Source: Myxococcota bacterium
GTDB lineage: Bacteria; Myxococcota; XYA12-FULL-58-9; JABJBS01
Direction of reading: 5' to 3'
DNA: 35,175 nucleotides
NCBI GenBank assembly: GCA_036339465.1
Contig: JAYZAY010000079.1
Coordinates: 1-35,175, forward strand
How positions within the stretch are numbered: position 1 is the stretch's first letter; every line of letters starts with the position of its first letter. The notes under the pieces were generated by a model that saw nothing but the letters and a program-made list of their open reading frames with translations, was not told the origin of the DNA and made no database searches. Shown here one piece after another: positions 18,001-23,961 of the stretch. The translations under genes and the position numbers were made by a program.

Positions 18001-18688
18001 GATATCGGGTCATGACGGGAGCGAGCCGAGCGTTCGCTGCGGTTGTTAAGGTTCGTTCGTATTCTTTGGCAAGGGGTATGAGAGAGCTGGAGGTTACAAC
18101 GAATAGCTCTGGGTGCATGGCGGAGACGACTTCGGCCAATGCATTTTCATTTTGTGGATTTCGGTAGGAATGCAGAAAACAGATCGCAACAGCTTTGGCG
18201 GATTTGAAGATTTCCTCGTGTTGGTGGACCCAGCCGGGAATGTCCGGAAGCTCGTGCAGTGAATGGCCTTGTGCATCGAGGCGCTCCGGGAAACCAAGAG
18301 TGAAAGGGCGTTCAATAATTGGCAGAGGTGCCACCGGCATTAGTTCGTAGAGTTCAGGGCGGTTTTGCCGAGCCAAAAGAAGTAAGTCTTCAAAACCTTC
18401 GGTGGTGACCAACACTGTGGGAGCGCCTGTGTTTTCCAGGAGGGTGTTGGTGGCAACGGTGGTTCCGTGGCGGAGTTCGAGCAGGTTTTCGCTAAAATAG
18501 TTCATTCCCTCTTGTACTGCTGCGACGACGGCCCGTTCGGGGGCCTCTGGGGTTGAAGGGATTTTAAAGTGATGGTGCCGGTCCTGCCCTAGGTGAGAAA
18601 CGACGACATCTGTAAAGGTCCCGCCCGTATCGACGGCTATTTTCAGTTGAGGTGCATTTGGATCCAATTTGTGATGATGTCGAAGCAT
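15068..18688 (-). CDS. Fused hydantoinase A/B (5-oxoprolinase-like) protein
   Basis: A part: DTGGTFTD, HGTTVATN, SGPSGG, DMGGTSTD, FGGAGGLH. B part: SANIRERRDYSCA, HIPVHLG, NDPYSGGTHLPD, HHADIGG, GNVETSQR, MTNTLNTP. Exact start uncertain (overlaps upstream gene). Confidence 0.92.
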   Translation of the reverse strand: MLRHHHKLDPNAPQLKIAVDTGGTFTDVVVSHLGQDRHHHFKIPSTPEAPERAVVAAVQEGMNYFSENLLELRHGTTVATNTLLENTGAPTVLVTTEGFEDLLLLARQNRPELYELMPVAPLPIIERPFTLGFPERLDAQGHSLHELPDIPGWVHQHEEIFKSAKAVAICFLHSYRNPQNENALAEVVSAMHPELFVVTSSSLIPLAKEYERTLTTAANARLAPVMTRYLGRLRSALGTTAARIQISDSTGGLIPLERAAKEPIRTALSGPSGGVVGAWFAAQRFGFNKVLTLDMGGTSTDISLSDGLPEPSPTGKVGDIGLNLPMLEITTIGAGGGSLAFADETKLLQVGPKSAGAKPGPACYGLDGFIDRPTITDANIVLGRLDTLLSGAFEISHAHSHAAINKLAKKLNKSPIETAQGIIRLAEAQMLKACKNASAAKGVDPRELTMVAFGGAGGLHACAIAEELGIKKVLIPNHSGVLSAAGIQRTRHHVSAVRSIHQNIEKIKRLNLAEYIREVWVKYIDELYDQNTTTHFTLLFDCSYKGQSSTIPIVLIRSEFPSDKITASNGITILTDAANASLTEEKLSDKFTKAYHKNFGHVLQGYTIEAADIRINLYCQAQGSISSPEEPEPTEQATGPATIPNYDSTLWIPDNWIAQKFSTGDWICSFVPPDKSLNALFSSTLDLEIHKLKLQSIAEDMGAVLQRTSFSANIRERRDYSCAIFDSDGQLLAQAAHIPVHLGSQATCVQQALKTIRFTPNESVIVNDPYSGGTHLPDVTIITPVFIQDKAAPQFYVASRAHHADIGGRVPGSMPAPFDEQGNPIELTIHDEGIRLPPCCLTAATRERFATASRTPSDRYADLRAQEAANETGKDELTQYLLKLNPDKIRERNEFLLCDSKHKTEKLIETMPDGQYIFTDHLDDDGVSQEPIPISVRLTVGGSELEFDFSQSGNQVSSGLNAVRSVTTAAVFYVLGCLSVKDIAINQGIIDAVKIVTRPGSICDAEYPAAVSAGNVETSQRLVDTILGAFAQIFPNKIPAASCGSMNNILFGGQTAGPQKQNFVHYETIGGGHGASASQHGASAMHAHMTNTLNTPIEDLERLFPVRIMRYSLAPFTQPDVLENCGGAGVIRHYKFLTEAKVTILGDRQKIPPYGLNGATPGQFRTTRLIRESGKPQPIQSKAYLQLNPGDELEITTAGGGNHSSG

Positions 18689-19485
18689 TCTTGTCGTTTC
18701 GTTTCGTTTAATATTTCGTGGAGCTCACCGCGACGAACAATGACTGTTTTGTCAGGGGTCTCAATTTTGTGAGCAACATATCTGTTGGCTTCTACAGAGG
18801 CAATGGGATCGGAATCGCTATAGAAATAGAGGAGGGGCACCGGGCATTTTGGGGTTTCCTTTACCCGTGATTGTGCGGCCTCAGCTTCATGAAACCATCC
18901 AGCGGTGGCGGTGGGGAAAATGAGAGGATCGCGTTCATACCGAGCGATTACACAAGGGTCATGGGAGAGGCCTGAAGTAGGCAAGCCGGAGGGGATCGAC
19001 AACCGTGGTGCATAAAATGCGGCGAGCCTACCTGCCGCTAATTTTGCCTTGGGCTGAGGAATGGATAAACCGAGATACGGATTGGTGAGCACGACCCCCT
19101 TAAAAGGTGATTCCTGGTTCTGGAGGTAATCCAAGACGACCAATCCACCATGACTATGGCCCAATGCGAACAGAGGGAGAGCATTATCGAGTTGCTGGAT
19201 GGCGCTTTCCAGATCGTTGTGGAAGTCAAAGAAGTTATCACAATAGCCTCTTTGTCCACCGGCATGCCCATGGCCGCGGTAATCAAACCCAATGGTTCGA
19301 AAACCTGAAGCCGCGAAATGATGTGCCAATTTTCGATAGCGGCTGCTGTGTTCAGCATAACCATGAACAATCAGGAGGTTTGCCTTGACCGGTATTTCGG
19401 CTGGGGTCCAAGTTTGAAAATAGATCTTGGTGTGATCAAAAGAGTAAATTTCGCGGTCTTCATGTCGCACGGGGCAGGTGTTCAC
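18643..19485 (-). CDS. Alpha/beta hydrolase, lysophospholipase/monoglyceride lipase (PldB-like)
   Basis: HGYAEHSSRY, DYRGHG, nucleophile elbow GHSHGG, D-P-I-A acid and HEILNE histidine. SD GAGAGGA before GTG. Confidence 0.9.
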   Translation of the reverse strand: MNTCPVRHEDREIYSFDHTKIYFQTWTPAEIPVKANLLIVHGYAEHSSRYRKLAHHFAASGFRTIGFDYRGHGHAGGQRGYCDNFFDFHNDLESAIQQLDNALPLFALGHSHGGLVVLDYLQNQESPFKGVVLTNPYLGLSIPQPKAKLAAGRLAAFYAPRLSIPSGLPTSGLSHDPCVIARYERDPLIFPTATAGWFHEAEAAQSRVKETPKCPVPLLYFYSDSDPIASVEANRYVAHKIETPDKTVIVRRGELHEILNETKRQECFDIITNWIQMHLN

Positions 19486-19516
19486 GTTGGTCCTCTCGTA
19501 GCTGAAGGGTCATAGG

Positions 19517-19545
19517 GAGCTATTAGACTGTTGGCTTGCTGTCAA
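19517..19545 (-). promoter_or_regulatory. Candidate promoter for hydrolase-oxoprolinase operon
   Basis: Minus strand TTGACA-N17-TAGCTC, about 30 nt upstream of the GTG. Confidence 0.45.
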
Positions 19546-19564
19546 TTGAGTGTGATTCGGTCCA

Positions 19565-20250
19565 TGTTACTTAGGGCGTTGGGAGGATTGGGTGGGTTTG
19601 TGGCGGCCAACGCGCAATGAAAGCAGCGCAGAAACCAAAAACCGATGGACCAACGAAATCGCCAGAGAGGCAACCACCCTTAGCACGATGTCCCTGATGA
19701 AAAAAGGCGCAAGAACCGACGCTATTCCCAAAACGAGCTTTCTGATATCCTTGCCCCTAGTGGGCCATGTTTTAAGGGCCGGATCTATGACGTTAGCGGC
19801 TAAGGTGGAAGCTGGGCAAAACAGGCCCTATGCTGCGACAAAAAGTTACTCAACACCGGCGCCTTGCTGACCACTGGCAACAGTGGCGCCGATGCTTATG
19901 GAAATGCATGGTGGGCGGCCAATCCCTTGGGGATCGTGGGATGTCGGCAGGCCGACGGCTTGGGATTCTGGGTAGCCATGCCCAAGAGAGGGTCGGATAT
20001 ATCATCTCGCCGTTGGCGATGACCGTGAAGGCACTTGAGCCATCAATCAACCCTAAATACCACACTGCTACCGGTTGAGGTGAATGCCAAGCCCCTCGGC
20101 AGCCAGCTTGTCTTGGCTTTTGAAGTGAATGAGTGGTTTGACTATCTCCCCCATGGCTCATGATTGAGTCAAAGGCACCGAAGAAAGGAATGGCAAAGAG
20201 GGAGGATCACGTAGAGGGGTTGGGCTGAGAGGTTAGAGATGGCAATATCG
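19565..20250 (+). mobile_element. Highly decayed IS1634-family transposase remnant
   Basis: Frameshifted motifs in the correct order: DVPDEKRRKNRRYSQNELSDI (19720-19749; cf. KRRxGYSRDKRSD), LAAKVEAGQ (cf. LAYEVxAGN), YGNA, GDRGM (19932-19943), VGYII..ALE. Confidence 0.55.
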
Positions 20251-20299
20251 CTTGTGTGCAGGGCCGCGCAAGGAGCAGAAAAAAGTAAGGGCAGGGTTA

Positions 20300-21036
20300 C
20301 AATAAGGACCAAAGCATCCCGTTGTTGTGCTTCTCACTCAGAAACACATTCTGGTTAAGCCCTGAGTTGTCAGAAGTAGGGTTAGTGCAATTGCCATCTG
20401 CGCTAGCCGATCTTTGAATCAAGAAATTTGGTGTGCCCCACGTGGTTATATGGGTTCGGTCAAAGTACGCTCTTTCCTTATAGGTGGGCTTTGCTTGGTC
20501 GAGAAGCTTTTTAGGGCATCGGGCCACGCTGTCTTCTCGAAATCAGTCCAAATCTTTCGTGGCACTTTGTTGACGGCCGCCTTTCGCTTTCGCACAACGT
20601 ATAAAAATTGCTCCCGTAGTTCTTGATGTTTTTGATGGCGCCAGGTTCTAGTCACTGCACCCCATTGTAATCCAGGGTCGCTTCTTTTCCTCGTTTGAAT
20701 GCGGGGTTTCGTTGATTTAGTACCCTTAGCCATCAAAAAATTTTTTTTAAGTACACCATAACACCGGCCTGATAGATGTGCGGCGTAATGGACCATATTT
20801 GTGGTCCATTAACAACGTAGCGGCAAAAGAGAATAACGGGGTCTTTGGCAAAGCCATCCACACGTCAAAGTCTTTAAACGGAGGCTAATACGTCCGATCC
20901 GAAATTGTGCCAAGTCACAATCACCCAGGAGGTTTTTGGTCGAATCCCTATTCTTTTGTTGGATGTTCGAGGGGTTTTTGATGAATCCTTTTGTGAGCAC
21001 AGTTCTTTGTCGGTCGTATTCGTGTTACTTATTCAT
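20300..21036 (-). mobile_element. Highly decayed IS256-family transposase remnant
   Basis: Ordered fragments across frames: IGRISLRL; LFCRY...IYQAGV (cf. LFxRYxR..xYxxGVSTR); FFDG; VVRKRKAAVNKVPRKIW (cf. CxVHxxRNxLxKVPRK); YFDRTHITTWGTPN. Confidence 0.5.
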
Positions 21037-21159
21037 AATGAAACCCCTTTGGCGACAATCTTACCTACTGGTTTATAGCGGTGCTCCTTTAGAACGAAAT
21101 CTATATGGGCACGGGGATTAACGATAAAATAACGTTCGGGTCCGTGCTTGCTCCGCGAT

Positions 21160-21389
21160 TTCAGTTGGGACTGTGGCGATCCATATGTAGGTGATTCAAT
21201 AGCGCTACTGCGGCGCTGGCGAACCCCTGATGTTTTGTCGTCTTTAATGCGACGAAATAGACCTTTAATCGAAGGTGTCTGTTCTGTGTTTTTCGAAAGA
21301 GTTTCTTGTTGGATTTGATTTATCGCTTCTGAACGTTCCCTTCTAGCCCAACCGGGTCCCCCTCTCAGCACGAACTCTTCGGAAGCCAT
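21160..21389 (-). mobile_element. Second IS256-like C-terminal fragment
   Basis: ASEEFVLRGG ... EQTPSIKGLFRRIK, then frameshift to KTTKHQGFASAAVALLNHLHM (cf. TTNxIEGLxRxIRKxTKxxGxFPxxxxLLKLLYL). Confidence 0.4.
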
Positions 21390-21411
21390 AAGAGGTCGTT
21401 CGGTCGACCCA

Positions 21412-21457
21412 GAAAAAACAAAGTAAGGCTGGTTGGATTTGTCCGAATTACAGCCTT
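21412..21457 (-). terminator. Probable intrinsic terminator downstream of the TAtT gene
   Basis: AAGGCTG/CAGCCTT stem (21425-21431 and 21451-21457) with inner GGA-TCC stem, followed on the minus strand by ACTTTGTTTTTTCT. Confidence 0.55.
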
Positions 21458-21479
21458 TATAGTATGAATGTTGGAGTTC

Positions 21480-22370
21480 TCAAAATGAGTCGACGATATT
21501 TTCTAGTAGTTGTTTGGCTTTTGCTTGCTCGAATTGTTGTTCGGCCTCGATATCCGCAAGGTCGGCTGCGTTCGCTTTAACCACCTGGTTTAGGAGATCC
21601 CGAAATAGGTCCTCTTCGTTTTCTTTGAGGGCCCAGAATTCAGCATAGAGAACCTTTGTCCCTAAATGAGTGGGGGCTATTTCTAACGCTTTTTTGAAGT
21701 GTTCTTCAGACTTACGCATATCCCCACCGGCAAACCCAGGTGCCTTGGCATAGTAGACTCCAAAATACCGGTGTGGCGCACCATAGAAATAGGTAGGGTC
21801 TAGCTTAAGAACTCTTTGCATTACTTTGAAAATTCGGTCCTTGTATCGGAGCAGGGTGGAGAATCCTTTTTCGTTGGCCCATTTGCCAATGCATACTGAG
21901 TACCAATACATCGCGGCTTGACCGCTTAAGGGTATACTCCCAACCGCATCTTCGACCGATTCACCGCCTTCGACGCGGGTTGCAAATTCCGCCGATGCTG
22001 CCATCATGGCACGTTCGCCCATTGCAACGCCCTTGGTGAAAAACTTCATCATACCATTTTTATCGCCTGCGGTACGGAGGTGGGTATCTCCGTAGAAGTA
22101 ATAGGCCCGGGCAAGCGCGGTTAGGATTGTTTCTTTCAAAGGCGCCTTTGTGAGAGCCTCCTCCCATTTTCGGATGGCGAGTTTTACCTTTCCCGCATCA
22201 CCACGGCCGGCCCAAGCCGTGTTTGCTTCTGCGGAAAGGGCTGTGGCTTCGGCGGCGGAGGCGGTGGAACTTGAGGCAATTGGTGTCGCATTCCAGAGGG
22301 CGGTGCCACAGCCAGCCGGGGTAATTGATAATGCGAAAAGTAGGGCAAAGCGAACTGCTTTTGTAAACAT
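21480..22370 (-). CDS. TRAP-transporter T-component (TAtT/TPAT) TPR lipoprotein
   Basis: Lipobox PAG-C21; helical repeats; C-terminal LDPTYFYGAPHRYFGVYYAKAPGFAGGD..KSEEHFKKALEIAP typical of TAtT. SD GGAGAA. Confidence 0.75.
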   Translation of the reverse strand: MFTKAVRFALLFALSITPAGCGTALWNATPIASSSTASAAEATALSAEANTAWAGRGDAGKVKLAIRKWEEALTKAPLKETILTALARAYYFYGDTHLRTAGDKNGMMKFFTKGVAMGERAMMAASAEFATRVEGGESVEDAVGSIPLSGQAAMYWYSVCIGKWANEKGFSTLLRYKDRIFKVMQRVLKLDPTYFYGAPHRYFGVYYAKAPGFAGGDMRKSEEHFKKALEIAPTHLGTKVLYAEFWALKENEEDLFRDLLNQVVKANAADLADIEAEQQFEQAKAKQLLENIVDSF

Positions 22371-22397
22371 CTGATTCTCCGATCCTCTTTGCTTGTC

Positions 22398-23462
22398 TGA
22401 GCTTTCTTTACAAAAGCGGCCCCTGTTTTAAGCCGCACAACGCTGTCTATGTTATCGAGCTCACGTATCCAAGTGAAGAATGAAGCCGGGCATAGTTATC
22501 ACCGTTCACACCGCCGAATCTCTCTTTTCGAGCCTCTTCCAGGCTCTCAAAACGCTCTTTGTCGAACGCTGGGTTTAGAGAGTGGAGAAAATAGTCGGTA
22601 AATGCGTAGCCATGGCAATGCGCCTATATTACATCGATTGGGTCATTCCAAAAATCCTCTAATTTTATCGAACCGTAGATGAACGATCCTCACCGCCCTG
22701 GTTAGAATGAAAGGCAAGGTCGTGGAGGGCTCCTGGATTGGCTTTGGCGGCCTCAATAAGAGTCTTCCTTGTAGTATTGGTGTCCCTGCCTCTGCTTTCT
22801 CGGTTGAAGAGGTCGATAACGATTACGAGGTATCAATAGCCTGGCCTCCCTAGGGATGGAAGCCAGGTCAGAGACCAAAACTTGATTCTTTTTCGATACT
22901 TCCTCGATTTTCAATTTGAATAGGAACAATCTTTGTTTTAAATCTCTCGTCGCTTTACGCTTGCGGTGGCGGTTTTCTGTTCGCCCAGTCATAAAAGCCC
23001 GACCACGACACGTCCAAATTCACAGAGCACGCCTTAACTGGAAACCCGTGGTTTTATTAGAATGCGATGCTTTGACCTTTGACCTTTGGCAGGTCAAGAC
23101 AAAGCAGGTATTGCGTTCTTGGGCAAATGGACCGACTTTTTTTCAGCCGCCGACTCTTTTTTTTATGCCTATTTTCAGTCTTAAGTCTCTCAAACTCCTG
23201 TGAACAGCGATTCTTAGAAACCAAGTTGTCAGAAGCAACCGATTCTCCGAGAGATTGCACGTTCTTAAGAACAAACTTCTGGATTGCCTCTTTGATACCA
23301 ATTTCCTTGGTGCGTTCAAGGCTTTGGCACATAAATTGGTGTGAACAAGTTTACCCTACTTTCTAGTTTATTATCAGGCGGCCTCTGCTTTCGAGGCATG
23401 CTCTTAATTAAGTGTCGGCTAGAGCTTGTGTGGCTAATGTCGGGAAGTATGGGGCGAGGTAA
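22398..23462 (-). mobile_element. Decayed IS3-family insertion sequence (orfA/orfB pseudogenes)
   Basis: orfA MPRKQ.../KEIGI.../EFERLKTENR...LKK with A7G slippery site (23136-23143). orfB fragments FPVKACSVNLDVSWSGFYDWANR, NQVLVSDL, YLVIVIDLFNR, FHSNQG, MTQSM, RFESLEEAR, RLHSSLGYVS. Degenerate ends TGAGCTTTC.. (22398) and TTACCTCGCCCC.. (23462, minus). Confidence 0.85.
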
Positions 23463-23875
23463 GTGTCGGAAATATCGTGACTTTTCGGTGGTGGTATTCT
23501 GAGTGGAAGTGGTGGGTGAAGATGGGAGGTGGGGGGGGATGCATAGGGTATTCCAACTTGGATGCCGAAGAGAACTGGAAGAGTAAAAAACCACAAGGTA
23601 GATTAATATTCAGGGTTTTACTAATGTTTTCCCTGGAGAATTATGAGGCTCAATTTCCGCGTCGCTGATGCTGTATCGCACTTTAAGACTGAGGAAATGT
23701 CTTGGAATGTCTTATACTAGTGGGTTATTGGGTTAAATTACTCAGTATTTCATCCTCCAGGTCGTGGCTGTCGATGGGAGTAGGGTGAGGCGGGTTTTTT
23801 GGGGCTACAAGATTTTCGCCGTTGCTACCTGCACCTTTTCGAATTAACTGCTATACCAAAGCGTAGAACGGAAGG

Positions 23876-23909
23876 GTAGGTTGACAACCTACATGTCGCA
23901 TTTTATCGG
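23876..23909 (+). promoter_or_regulatory. Palindromic operator overlapping a -35 box upstream of the 843-aa lipoprotein
   Basis: Perfect inverted repeat GTAGGTTG-A-CAACCTAC (23876-23892) contains TTGACA (23881-23886), followed by N17-TATCGG. Confidence 0.55.
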
Positions 23910-23961
23910 CCTGAACTAAATAACTTCGAGATGCCGAAGCATAAGGGAAGGGGTACCAAGC

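Noticed and set aside
19565..20020. Stop-codon read-through or alternative genetic code in the interrupted frames
   Set aside because: All three stop codons and frameshifts occur, and flanking genes use standard TAA/TAG/TGA stops; this is decay, not recoding.
19592..21389. Short ORFs in the track (19592+, 19830+, 19850-, 20297-, 20446-, 20809-, 21033-) as a novel small-protein cluster
   Set aside because: Better explained as frameshifted pieces or antisense shadows of decayed transposases; most lack an RBS or coherent operon structure.
23070..23088. 7-bp tandem repeat CTTTGAC
   Set aside because: Only ~2.7 copies, inside the dead IS3; most likely a slippage duplication.
22753..23668. Short ORFs 22753-, 22916+, 23057-, 23079+, 23316-, 23477+ as genes
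   Set aside because: Most map onto IS3 orfA/orfB fragments or their antisense; 23477+ is low-complexity G-rich sequence.
19490..23960. Large structured ncRNA, CRISPR array or retron-like locus in the gene-poor region
   Set aside because: No regularly spaced repeats with spacers, no cas or RT gene, and no recognisable tmRNA, RNase P or 6S motifs; transposase fossils account for most of the sequence.
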